Shown: piece by piece, positions 35,005 to 44,109 of the stretch
How the letters are laid out: every line of letters starts with the position of its first letter
Position numbering within the stretch: position 1 is the first letter of the stretch
Source: Flexilinea sp.
GTDB taxonomy: Bacteria; Chloroflexota; Anaerolineae; Anaerolineales; Anaerolineaceae
Assembly (NCBI GenBank): GCA_029983925.1
Contig: JASBYO010000002.1
Span: forward strand, 5,937 to 69,936
Reading direction: 5' to 3'
DNA length: 64,000 bases
Position numbers and translations under genes: made by a program
The notes under the pieces: model-generated
What the model saw: only the letters and a program-made list of their open reading frames with translations
The model's database searches: none
What the model was told of the DNA's origin: nothing

Positions 35005-35453
35005 ATGTTTGAAATAAAAGTACGTCTGGCCGAAGGTATAAAACGGGAAAATACAGAAGCAGTCTGTCATCGGACGAATCAACGCGGAGCAGCTTTCCTC
35101 CGACAATAGGCGGGACCGGCATTAGCGCTTCTGTTGACAGCGCGCGAATTAGACGGACAAAACCATATCCGTTCCATTTTTGCGGGGGATGAATTTATCG
35201 GTTTAATTCGGAAAATCAGGATCGAAAAAGATAACGTTGATATCGGCAGATTTTTAATCAATCCGGATCGTACCGGCCGCGGTTTCGGCGGATATGCTTC
35301 GTCCGAATTTATTAAACGATCTTTCCAGATTTGAGCGTCGATCGTATTTCTCTCAGCGTATCTTCGAACAATAACAAAGCCCGGAAGCGATATGAAAAGC
35401 ACGGATTTAAAATATATAAAATTATAGACGATCGCCGGAAAAATATCGAATAA
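35005..35453 (+). pseudogene. GNAT family N-acetyltransferase pseudogene (in-frame TAG plus frameshift)
   Basis: MFEIKVRLAE...AAFLRQ-TAG(35107)-AGPALALLLTARELDGQ...IGRFLINPDRTGRGFGGYASSEFIKRSFQ, then a frame change near 35325-35335 into DLSVDRISLSVSSNNNKARKRYEKHGFKIYKI (GNAT motifs A and B). The length is not a multiple of 3. Confidence 0.6.
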
Positions 35454-35604
35454 AAAACGCGGGATTAACATTTTCCGTTTTACCCGGCCGAACAATCGGC
35501 ACAGAATACGATCGACGCGACGGCCTCGGGAAATTTTTCCGAAAGAATCCGTTATAATAGAAACAGTTACATAAAAAAACAGCACGTTACAAAACCCGTT
35601 CAGC

Positions 35605-35846
35605 AAGGTGACCCGATGCCCGGATGTCAGGGCTTAAAAGGTGTAAGTCGGTGAAAGTCCGACGCTGTGCCGCAACTGTAACGGACGATCTTCGTCCGAA
35701 GCCAGGGAACCTGCCTTGCGATATGATTCGCCGTCCTTCTCGAGCAAGAGGGGTAGGGGAACGAAAGGAACCGACGTTACACAGCCGGCAGCGTTCCTTT
35801 CAAAACCGACCTCCGACTCGAGAACAGAAAAACGTAGGAGGTTAAT
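35605..35846 (+). promoter_or_regulatory. Cobalamin (B12) riboswitch with SD-sequestering expression platform
   Basis: GGTGAAAGTCCGAC, GCTGTGCCGCAACTGTAA and B12 box AAGCCAGGGAACCTGCC. Downstream ACCTCC (35809-35814) is complementary to the GGAGGT Shine-Dalgarno of cbiM. Confidence 0.8.
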
Positions 35847-36599
35847 ATGAACCGTATCAAATCCCGTTTCAATCTTAAGTCGTTTCTTCTCCTTGTCCTC
35901 GCCCTGCTGCTGGGCTATGGAATCCGTCCTGTCCGCGCGATGCATATCATGGAGGGATTCTTACCGAAAGGCTGGGCGATCTTCTGGTTCGCCGTTTCGG
36001 TTCCGTTCTGGATTATCGGTTTTATCCAAATCCGGAAAATCGTCGCCGAAAAACCGGAAAGCCGGCTGCTGCTTGGTTTTTCCGGCGCGTTCAGTTTCGT
36101 CCTCAGCGCGTTAAAAATCCCTTCCGTGACCGGCTCCTGCAGCCACCCGACCGGCACAGGTTTCGGCGCGCTCCTCTTCGGCCCGTTCCCGATGGCGATT
36201 ATTGGCACGATCGTGCTGCTCTTCCAGTCGCTCCTGCTGGCGCACGGCGGATTAACGACGCTCGGCGCGAACGCGTTCAGCATGGCGATCGCCGGACCGC
36301 TGATCGCCTGGGCCGTTTGGAAAGCGCTAAAAGATAAACTTCCGCAATCCTGGGTCATTTTCCTTGCCGCCGCGCTGGCAGATTTGCTGACATACGTCGT
36401 AACGTCCGTTCAGTTAGCGTTGGCGCATCCGGATCCGGTCGGCGGATTCGCCGTCTCTTTCGCGAAATTCGGAAGTATTTTCGCGATTACCCAAATTCCG
36501 CTCGCAATCAGCGAAGGGATCCTGACCGTCCTGATCTTCAACGCGTTAAAGAAAAACGCGCCTGCCGAATTGAAATCCTTGGGAATCGAGGGAGTTTAA
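35847..36599 (+). CDS. cbiM: Cobalt ECF transporter substrate-capture component CbiM (with N-terminal leader)
   Basis: A 31-aa signal-like leader ending VRA, then MHIMEGFLP, the conserved metal-binding N-terminus. Multiple TM segments. Confidence 0.9.
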   Translation: MNRIKSRFNLKSFLLLVLALLLGYGIRPVRAMHIMEGFLPKGWAIFWFAVSVPFWIIGFIQIRKIVAEKPESRLLLGFSGAFSFVLSALKIPSVTGSCSHPTGTGFGALLFGPFPMAIIGTIVLLFQSLLLAHGGLTTLGANAFSMAIAGPLIAWAVWKALKDKLPQSWVIFLAAALADLLTYVVTSVQLALAHPDPVGGFAVSFAKFGSIFAITQIPLAISEGILTVLIFNALKKNAPAELKSLGIEGV

Positions 36600-36601
36600 A
36601 G

Positions 36602-36901
36602 ATGAAAAATAATACCTGGCTGCTGATCCTGATCGTTATTGTTTTGGCGCTGCTGCCGATTTTTCTGACGAAAGGCGCCGAATTCGAAGGCGCGGACGTT
36701 ATCGCCGAAAACGCGATCGGAGAGATCAACCCTGATTACGAACCCTGGGCGGAATCGCTTTGGGAACCGCCGTCCGGCGAAATCGAAAGCCTTCTCTTCG
36801 CGCTTCAGGCCGCGCTCGGCGCCGGTTTTATCGGCTATTATCTCGGAAATAAAAGCGGTCAAAATAAAAACGCCGGTTCCAAAAAACCGAAATCGTCATA
36901 A
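36602..36901 (+). CDS. cbiN: Cobalt transport protein CbiN
   Basis: 99 aa, two TM segments flanking FEGADVIAE...PWAESLWEPPSGEIESLLFALQAALGAG. Confidence 0.9.
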   Translation: MKNNTWLLILIVIVLALLPIFLTKGAEFEGADVIAENAIGEINPDYEPWAESLWEPPSGEIESLLFALQAALGAGFIGYYLGNKSGQNKNAGSKKPKSS

Positions 36902-37660
36902 ATGCGTTGGATCGACCGCTTCGCGTATAACAATCGTATCCGCAGGTTGGATCCGGCCGTCAAAGCCGGATTCAGCCTGATCATGATCCTGGTCTGCCTC
37001 GGTTTCGACAGGCCGTATGTCAGCGCCGCCGCGCTTTTGCTGATCCTTATTCTTTCCGTTTCGCTCGCCGGACTTCCGCTCCGATCTTTCCTGAAAATCC
37101 TCGCCGGAGAAGCCGCGTTCCTGATATTAAGCGTCGTCCCGATCGCGGTCAGTATCGTCCGGCCGTCCGCGGCGGAACCGGTTCCGGTTTTTCCGCTGAA
37201 GCTGCTGATAACGCGCGATTCGGCGCTGAACGCGCTGAATCTTCTGACGCGGACGCTAGCCTGTATCAGCGCGATGAATTTTTTGTCGATGACGACGCCG
37301 GTTGTCGATCTGATCGACTTGGCCGGACGGCCGCGCGTTCCGGAAATAATGATTGATTTGATGACGCTGATTTATCGCTTCATATTCACTTTATTCGACT
37401 GTTTGGAACGGATGACCGCCGCGAAAGAATCCCGTCTCGGATTCCGTTCACTCCGAACCGCATTCCGCAGCGCCGGCGAAATCGCCGCTAATTTATTCCT
37501 CGAAACCTATCGGAGAAGCCGGAAGCTTCAAGTTTCACTGGAAAGCCGCTGTTGGGACGGGGCGTTTCGCGTCATTCCGCAAACGTACGACCCGATCCGT
37601 TCCCTTTGGGAAAGAGCCCCTTCCCGAAATCAGCCCGTACAAAATCGGGAAACGCTATGA
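36902..37660 (+). CDS. cbiQ: ECF transporter transmembrane (T) component CbiQ
   Basis: Position after cbiN. The DPAVKAGF start and polytopic profile are typical of CbiQ/EcfT. Confidence 0.85.
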   Translation: MRWIDRFAYNNRIRRLDPAVKAGFSLIMILVCLGFDRPYVSAAALLLILILSVSLAGLPLRSFLKILAGEAAFLILSVVPIAVSIVRPSAAEPVPVFPLKLLITRDSALNALNLLTRTLACISAMNFLSMTTPVVDLIDLAGRPRVPEIMIDLMTLIYRFIFTLFDCLERMTAAKESRLGFRSLRTAFRSAGEIAANLFLETYRRSRKLQVSLESRCWDGAFRVIPQTYDPIRSLWERAPSRNQPVQNRETL

Positions 37661-38382
37661 CCGAATTATTCTTTGACGATATCGTTTATACGTATCCCGG
37701 CGTTAACGCCCCGGCGCTGAACGGCCTTTCGCTGCGAATCGGATCAGGGAAACGAATCGCCCTGATCGGGCGGAACGGCGGGGGAAAATCGACGCTGATC
37801 CTGGTCGCGAACGGAATTATCAGGCCGGATCGGGGAACGCTCCGTATCGACGGCGCGCCGGTCGATTATAAGAAAAAAGGAATTTACCGACTGCGGGAAC
37901 GCGTCGGCGTCGTTTTCCAGAACCCGGAAGACCAGCTTTTCAGCGCCAACGTTTATCAGGATATCAGCTCAGGACCGCTGAATCTCGGACTTTCGATCGG
38001 CGAAGCGCGCGAACGCGTCGAAGAAGTCGCCGAACGCTGCGGGCTGACGGCGCTTCTCGACCGCCCGACCCATGCGCTCAGCGGCGGAGAAAAAACCCGC
38101 GCCGCCCTGGCCGGAATTCTCGCGATGCGCCCCGAATTCCTTTTCGCCGACGAAGTGACCAACGCGTTAGACCCGTGGATCCGGATCCAGGTCCTGAACA
38201 TCCTGGACAGCTGGGCGGCGGAAAATCACACCGTCGTCCTCTCGACGCACGACTGGGATTTAGCGGCGAACTGGGCGGACGAGATCGTCTGGCTCGAAAA
38301 GGGAAAAATTTACCGCCAGGGAAAACCCGAAGAAATATTTCCTGGCGGGACCCAACCGGAAAGGTACCGACGCGATGGCTGA
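37657..38382 (+). CDS. cbiO: Cobalt ECF transporter ATPase CbiO
   Basis: ATGA overlap with the cbiQ stop. Walker A GRNGGGKST, signature LSGGEKTR, Walker B FLFADEVTNALD. Confidence 0.9.
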   Translation: MTELFFDDIVYTYPGVNAPALNGLSLRIGSGKRIALIGRNGGGKSTLILVANGIIRPDRGTLRIDGAPVDYKKKGIYRLRERVGVVFQNPEDQLFSANVYQDISSGPLNLGLSIGEARERVEEVAERCGLTALLDRPTHALSGGEKTRAALAGILAMRPEFLFADEVTNALDPWIRIQVLNILDSWAAENHTVVLSTHDWDLAANWADEIVWLEKGKIYRQGKPEEIFPGGTQPERYRRDG

Positions 38383-38920
38383 AATAAACAAACAAACCGC
38401 AAAAGGATTGATCGTCGTTTTTACCGGCAACGGGAAAGGGAAAACGTCCGCCGCAATGGGCGTCATGACCCGCGCCGCCGGTCACGGATTTAACGTTTCC
38501 GTCATTCAATTTTTGAAAAATCCGGGGCGCGTTTACGGCGAAGCCGTTTCCGCGCAAAAATTAGGCGTGCCGTTTGAAAGCCTCGGAACCGGATTCGTTT
38601 TCAAAAAGGATCAAAACGGAGAAGATTATCAGGCGGCGATAGCGGCCTGGGAGAAAGCGAAGGAGCGGATTCAATCCCAACCCGAAGGCGTCATTATCCT
38701 CGACGAAATCACCTATCCGCTCAATTTCGGCTGGATCGATCCGGACGAACTGATCGGTTGGCTCAAGATCAACAAGCCGCCGCAGCTTCACCTGGTTCTG
38801 ACCGGACGGAACGCGCCGGAGAAACTGATCGAATTTGCCGACATGGTCACCGAAATGAAAGAAATCAAACATCCGTATCGGCTTCAAAATATTCCGGCGC
38901 AAAAAGGCATCGATTTTTAG
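38375..38920 (+). CDS. cobO: Cob(I)yrinic acid a,c-diamide adenosyltransferase (CobO/BtuR type)
   Basis: GLIVVFTGNGKGKTSAAMG P-loop, ILDEITY, and KHPY near the C-terminus. Confidence 0.9.
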   Translation: MAEINKQTAKGLIVVFTGNGKGKTSAAMGVMTRAAGHGFNVSVIQFLKNPGRVYGEAVSAQKLGVPFESLGTGFVFKKDQNGEDYQAAIAAWEKAKERIQSQPEGVIILDEITYPLNFGWIDPDELIGWLKINKPPQLHLVLTGRNAPEKLIEFADMVTEMKEIKHPYRLQNIPAQKGIDF

Positions 38921-38932
38921 GAGTTATGCATC

Positions 38933-39736
38933 ATGAAAACGACTCAGCAGCAAAAAGCGTTATTGGCCGTCAGTTTCGGGACCAGTTTCACGGACGCGCG
39001 CAAGCGGGCGATCGAGGCGGTCGAAGCCGAGTTAGCCGCCGCGTTCCCCGATTTTACGCTGAGGCGCGCGATCACGTCCCATCAGCTGTCAAGCGTGAAA
39101 AGCGCCGCGCCGCGGGCGGGACGTTTTGTCTCCGAAGCGTTTAAAGAACTGCGGGACGACGGCTTCCGCGAAATTCTGATTCAGCCGTTTCATATTATTC
39201 CCGGGTTCGAATTCGAAAAAATAAAGCGCGAAGCCGGCCGTCATGCCGGATATTTCGAACGCGTCTTCGTCGGGAAACCGCTTCTCTCCGATGACGCCGA
39301 CTTTAAAGCGGTCGCCGAAGCGCTCCGCCCGCTCTTCTTATCGTTGAAAAAAGCCGAGGCGCTGCTGTTCATGGGCCACGGTTCAAAACATGCCGCGAAC
39401 GATGCCTATCTTCGGATCGACGCCGAATTCCGGAACGCCGGTTTTCGCTCCGTATACGTAGCGACCGTCGAAGGGGAGCCCGGATTGGCGCCGTTGATTC
39501 CGGCGCTTAAATCCGCCGGGATCCGAAAGCTGATCCTCCAGCCTTTCATGCTCGTCGCCGGAGATCACGCCCACAACGACATGGCGGGCGGCGATCCGGA
39601 CAGCTGGAATTCAGTCCTCAGCGCCGAGGGTTTTGAAGTCGAGCCGCGATTGATCGGCCTTGGCGAATACGAAGCGATTCGGAAAATTTACGTCAGACAC
39701 GCGCTCGACGCGTTAAGCGCGGGGAACGATGGCTGA
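38933..39736 (+). CDS. cbiK: Sirohydrochlorin cobaltochelatase, anaerobic type
   Basis: LLAVSFGTS, IQPFHIIPGFEF, FMGHGSKH and QPFMLVAGDHAHNDMAG match CbiK. Confidence 0.85.
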   Translation: MKTTQQQKALLAVSFGTSFTDARKRAIEAVEAELAAAFPDFTLRRAITSHQLSSVKSAAPRAGRFVSEAFKELRDDGFREILIQPFHIIPGFEFEKIKREAGRHAGYFERVFVGKPLLSDDADFKAVAEALRPLFLSLKKAEALLFMGHGSKHAANDAYLRIDAEFRNAGFRSVYVATVEGEPGLAPLIPALKSAGIRKLILQPFMLVAGDHAHNDMAGGDPDSWNSVLSAEGFEVEPRLIGLGEYEAIRKIYVRHALDALSAGNDG

Positions 39737-41576
39737 AATCGCGCCGGGAAAAGTCTATTTCATCGGCGCCGGTCCCGGAGACCCGGAACTGATCACGATC
39801 AAAGGCGAAAAACGGATCGCCGCAGCCGGCCTGATCCTCTACGCCGGATCGCTCGTTCCGAAAGAAATTTTGCGCGCCGCGCGATCAAACGCTGAAATTC
39901 ACGATACTGTCCGGATGCCGCTGGATCGGCAGATCGACCTCATGGCAAACGCAGCTTGGGAAGGGAAAGCCGTCGCGCGCGTTCATACCGGCGACCCGTC
40001 GATTTTCGGCGCGATCCATGAGCAGATGCGCGGATTACGCGCCCGAAACGTCGCGTTCGAGGTCGTTCCCGGCGTAAGCTCGGTTTTCGCCGCCGCGGCC
40101 GCCTTAAACCTTGAATTTACGCTGCCCGAATTAACCCAAACGCTGATCCTGACGCGCGTTTCGGGACGGACGCGCGTCCCCGAAAAAGAACGACTGCGCG
40201 ACCTGGCGCGTCATCGCGCCAGTCTGGCGATTTTTCTCAGCGCGTCCCTCCTGCCGCAGGTCGTCAGCGAACTCGCCGAGGCCGGATACGCCGCCGATAC
40301 GGCCGTCGCGGTCGTTTACCGCGCCAGCTGGCCGGACCAGATCGCCGTCCGCGCGACGCTCGGAACGATCGAAGCCGAAGCGGGCCGCGCCGGATTAACA
40401 AATCAGAGCCTGATCATCGTCAGTCCGGGATTGGATAAACAGCCCGCTCCGACTGTTTCGCATCTTTACGGCGCGTACCAGGACCGGGAACGGACCCGCT
40501 CCGGTCACGCGATTTTCGCGATGACCGAACCGGCGATCGCGTTCGCGCGGAGGCTGCTGAACGAACTCCCGAACGCGGCTTTATTCGTTCCGGAAACGCT
40601 GATCAAAGACGATTCGGACGCGGAAAAAATGATCGCGATCCGGAACGGCGTCCGCGACGCGCTTCAAAACGAATTCCTGCGCGCGGAAAGTCTGATCTGC
40701 ATCATGGCGTCGGGGATCGTCGTCCGTTCGATCGCGCCGCTGCTGACGAACAAACATCGCGATCCGGCGGTCATCGTCAGCGATCCGCAAGGAAAATTTA
40801 TCGTCAGCCTGCTCGGCGGTCACGAAGGCGGCGCCAACGCGCTCGCTCAGCGTATCGCGCGGTTCAGCGGCGGGCAAGCCGTCGTTACCACAGCCAGCGA
40901 TAACCGGAATATCCCCGCGCTCGACGTTTTAGCTCAGGACCATCGTTGGACGATTCATCCGCAAAGCGATTTGGCCGCCGTCATGGCGGCGCTCGTCAAC
41001 GAAACGCCGGCAACGCTGCTGCATGATCCGGATCTCGAACCGCCCGACGCGCTGCGGACAATCGGTTGGGAAACGGTCCGTCCGCTTTCGGAATCGGACC
41101 GCGATCTCAAAACTCCGGCGGTTATTTTCACGTACCGCGCGTTCGGCTCCCTGCGAATCGAGAATATGAAAAGAATCGCCGTGATCCGCCCGCGAATTCT
41201 CTGCGTCGGCGTCGGCTGCAACCGCGGAACGGCCGCCGCTGAAATTCTGGACGCGATTTCGGAAGTTTTCAACGATGAAAAACTCTCGTTCGAATCCATC
41301 CGCGAAATCGCCAGTATCGAAGCGAAAGCCGACGAAAAAGGATTGATTGAATTAGCGCGGTCGCGCGACTGGAAGATTCGCTTTTTCAATCGAACGGAAA
41401 TCGAATCCGTTTCGAATCTGATTCAGCCTTCGGCGGCGGCATTAAAAGCGCTCGGGGTCAGCGGCGTCGCCGAACCTTCAGCGCTTCTCTCGGCGCAGAG
41501 CCGGAAATTACGCGTCCGGAAACGGAAATTCGCGAACGTTACCGTCGCCGTCGCGGTATATCAGGAAAAATCATGA
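39729..41576 (+). CDS. cbiFG: Fusion: cobalt-precorrin-4 C11-methyltransferase (CbiF) plus cobalt-precorrin-5A hydrolase (CbiG)
   Basis: N-terminus: VYFIGAGPGDPELITIKG...YAGSLV (CbiF). C-terminal 360 aa contain ICIMASGIVVRSIAPLLTNKHRDPAVIVSDPQGKFIVSLLGGHEGGAN (CbiG). Confidence 0.85.
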   Translation: MAEIAPGKVYFIGAGPGDPELITIKGEKRIAAAGLILYAGSLVPKEILRAARSNAEIHDTVRMPLDRQIDLMANAAWEGKAVARVHTGDPSIFGAIHEQMRGLRARNVAFEVVPGVSSVFAAAAALNLEFTLPELTQTLILTRVSGRTRVPEKERLRDLARHRASLAIFLSASLLPQVVSELAEAGYAADTAVAVVYRASWPDQIAVRATLGTIEAEAGRAGLTNQSLIIVSPGLDKQPAPTVSHLYGAYQDRERTRSGHAIFAMTEPAIAFARRLLNELPNAALFVPETLIKDDSDAEKMIAIRNGVRDALQNEFLRAESLICIMASGIVVRSIAPLLTNKHRDPAVIVSDPQGKFIVSLLGGHEGGANALAQRIARFSGGQAVVTTASDNRNIPALDVLAQDHRWTIHPQSDLAAVMAALVNETPATLLHDPDLEPPDALRTIGWETVRPLSESDRDLKTPAVIFTYRAFGSLRIENMKRIAVIRPRILCVGVGCNRGTAAAEILDAISEVFNDEKLSFESIREIASIEAKADEKGLIELARSRDWKIRFFNRTEIESVSNLIQPSAAALKALGVSGVAEPSALLSAQSRKLRVRKRKFANVTVAVAVYQEKS

Positions 41577-42328
41577 GCGGATCCATTCGAATCATCGGCA
41601 CCGGGCCTGGCAATCTATCCTGGTGCGCCCCCGGCGCAATCTCCGCACTCGAAAAATCGACGGTGATTGTCGGCTATCAGACCTACCTGGACCAAATCGC
41701 GGAACTCTGCCCGCAGACGCCGCGTTACGGGAACGGGATGCGCCGGGAAGTCGAACGGGCGAAAAAAGCGATCGCTTTCGCCCGCGAGGGTCATCAAGTC
41801 GCCGTCGTCTCCGGAGGCGACGCCGGCATCTACGGCATGGCGGGGCTGGTACTGGAACTCCTCTGTCTGGATGATACAGCGATCGAGGTCGAAGTCCTGC
41901 CCGGGATCACGGCGCTGACCGCCGCGGCCGCGCTGCTCGGCGCGCCGTTGATGAGCGATTTCGCCGCGATCAGCCTGAGCGACTACCTCGTCCCGAGCGA
42001 AACGATTTTCCGAAGGCTCAGAGCCGCCGCCTTAGCCGATTTCGCGATCTGCTTATATAATCCGACCTCGGCGAGACGGCGCGGCATTTTTGAAACGGCG
42101 TGTTCGATCCTGATCGAAACGCTCGGCGAAGCGCGCCCGGTCGGGCTTGTGCGCGCAGCTTTCCGCCCGGCTCAGTCGGTCCAAATCGGTCTGCTGAGCG
42201 AGCTGAGCCGGATGGAACTGGGGATGGATTCGATCGTGATCGTCGGAAACAGCGCGACGAAAATCGCGCGCGGCCGCATGATCAGTTCGCGCGGGTACCG
42301 CCTGACGGAGAATTCGGCGAATTTTTAA
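41573..42328 (+). CDS. cbiH: Cobalt-precorrin-3B C17-methyltransferase
   Basis: IRIIGTGPGN...VIVGYQTYLDQI...VVSGGDAGIYGMAG. Confidence 0.85.
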   Translation: MSGSIRIIGTGPGNLSWCAPGAISALEKSTVIVGYQTYLDQIAELCPQTPRYGNGMRREVERAKKAIAFAREGHQVAVVSGGDAGIYGMAGLVLELLCLDDTAIEVEVLPGITALTAAAALLGAPLMSDFAAISLSDYLVPSETIFRRLRAAALADFAICLYNPTSARRRGIFETACSILIETLGEARPVGLVRAAFRPAQSVQIGLLSELSRMELGMDSIVIVGNSATKIARGRMISSRGYRLTENSANF

Positions 42329-42349
42329 CGGACTGGAGAAAACTGCGAT

Positions 42350-42970
42350 ATGAAACCGGAGGAAATTGAAAAGGAAAGTTTCCGGATCATCCTGAACGAG
42401 ATAGGGCCTCATTCGTTCAGCGAACGGGAACTCCCCATCGTTCAGCGCGTTATTCACGCTACCGCTGATTTTGAATATCGGGAGCTGATCCGTTTTTCGC
42501 CGAACGCGATCGATGCGGCGATCCGCGCGATCCGTTCCGGCTGCCGCGTATATTCGGACGTGCGCATGATCGAAGCCGGAATCGGCCGCCCGCTGATGGA
42601 ATCGTTCGGCTGCGTTTCCGGCTGCTACGTGAACGACGCGAACGTCGCCGAAACGGCCAAACGCAACGGGAAAACACGTTCAGAAACGGCGATGCGCCTA
42701 ATCGGAGCGGATTTGGAAAACGCCGCCGTCCTGATCGGAAACGCGCCGACAGCGCTTTTTGAAGTCCTCCGTCTTTACGCGGAAGAGAGGATCCGGCCGG
42801 CGTTCGTCGTCGGCGTTCCGGTCGGTTTCGTCAACGCCGCCGAATCGAAGCTGGCGCTAACCGAAAGCGGACTCGATTTCATCAGCGTCAGCGGACGGAA
42901 AGGCGGTTCAACCGTCGCCGTCGCGATCTTCAACGCGCTGCTGAGGCTGGCGAAACGGAGCTGCGAATGA
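42350..42970 (+). CDS. cbiC: Cobalt-precorrin-8 methylmutase
   Basis: IEKESFRII..., VIHATADFEY, GNAPTALFE. Confidence 0.9.
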   Translation: MKPEEIEKESFRIILNEIGPHSFSERELPIVQRVIHATADFEYRELIRFSPNAIDAAIRAIRSGCRVYSDVRMIEAGIGRPLMESFGCVSGCYVNDANVAETAKRNGKTRSETAMRLIGADLENAAVLIGNAPTALFEVLRLYAEERIRPAFVVGVPVGFVNAAESKLALTESGLDFISVSGRKGGSTVAVAIFNALLRLAKRSCE

Positions 42971-44109
42971 GAACCGGTTTCTCGACCAGCGCCTGCGCCG
43001 CGGCGGCGTCCGCCCCGGTGTCGTCCACCGCGGCCCCGGCCCCCTTACCCGCCCCCCCCGCGCCCGCCGCCGCGCTGCGCGCGCTGATCAGCGGCGAAAC
43101 CGTTACGGACGTCGTAATCAACCTGCCGACGCGTCGCGACGTTCCGTTTCAAATCGCGCGCTGCGAATTTCTGAACGGCGGCGCGCGCTGCGGCGTCATT
43201 AAAGACTCGGGCGACGACCCCGACGTGACCAACGGAATCGAAATTCAATCGATCGTCAGCCGCGGTCACAGCGGTACGATCGAGATTCGCGGCGGCGTCG
43301 GCGTCGGCGTCGTGACGCTCCCCGGACTTCCGGTCGCCGTCGGCGAAGCCGCGATCAACCCCGGACCGCGCCGCCTGATATTGCAGACGCTGCGCGCCGA
43401 ACTCGCGCATCTCGGCGTCGAGGAGGGAACCGGATTTATCGCGACGATCTGCGTCCCGGACGGCGAACGCGTCGCGCTTGAAACGATGAACCCGAAATTA
43501 GGGGTCGTCGGCGGGATTTCGATTTTAGGAACCGACGGGCTGGTTCATCCGTATTCGCTGCCTGCGTTCCGAACGAGTATCTTTTACGAACTGCGCGTCG
43601 CGAAAGAAAACGGCTGCCGAACGGTCGGGCTGGCGACCGGGAAACGCTCTGCGCAATACTTGAAAAACGCCTTGAACGAAACGAACGACTTAGCGATCGT
43701 CAACGTCGGCGACGAAATCGGCTTTCCGATCGACCGCGCGATCCGGCTCAAATTCTCCGGAATCGAGATCGGCGGAATGATCGGGAAATTATCGAAACTG
43801 GCTCAGGGGCGTTTCCAGACCCACGTTCAGGAAGGAGAAGTCGATTTCGACTTCTTAGCCGCTCTCGCCCGCCGGGCCGGCGCGCCGAATGACGTCTGCG
43901 AGAAAATTCGAACCTGCCGAACGGCGCGCGCCGTTCAAAACCAGCTCGAAACGCAGGGTATCCGTCTCGAACCGGTTTTAGCCGAGCTTGCCGCCGGTCA
44001 CGTTTGGAACCGCTGCGGCGGGAAAATAAACGTCGGCGTTTGGCTTTTTAACCTGAACGGCGAATTGTTAGCCGCGGCGGCGAAAGGAGCGGCGATTGAA
44101 CCCGAATAA
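42967..44109 (+). CDS. cbiD: Cobalt-precorrin-5B C1-methyltransferase (with Ala/Pro-rich N-terminal insertion)
   Basis: MRTGFSTSACAAAAS..., DSGDDPDVTNG, INPGPRR, GGISILGTDGLVHPYS. Confidence 0.85.
   Translation: MRTGFSTSACAAAASAPVSSTAAPAPLPAPPAPAAALRALISGETVTDVVINLPTRRDVPFQIARCEFLNGGARCGVIKDSGDDPDVTNGIEIQSIVSRGHSGTIEIRGGVGVGVVTLPGLPVAVGEAAINPGPRRLILQTLRAELAHLGVEEGTGFIATICVPDGERVALETMNPKLGVVGGISILGTDGLVHPYSLPAFRTSIFYELRVAKENGCRTVGLATGKRSAQYLKNALNETNDLAIVNVGDEIGFPIDRAIRLKFSGIEIGGMIGKLSKLAQGRFQTHVQEGEVDFDFLAALARRAGAPNDVCEKIRTCRTARAVQNQLETQGIRLEPVLAELAAGHVWNRCGGKINVGVWLFNLNGELLAAAAKGAAIEPE

Noticed and set aside
38933-39150. Suspected compensating frameshifts in cbiK (the segment HQLSSVKSAAPRAGRFV looked atypical, and an alternative frame is open across it)
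   Set aside because: The annotated frame regains conserved CbiK sequence on both sides without a stop, and the alternative frame ends in a stop. This is most likely just a divergent loop.
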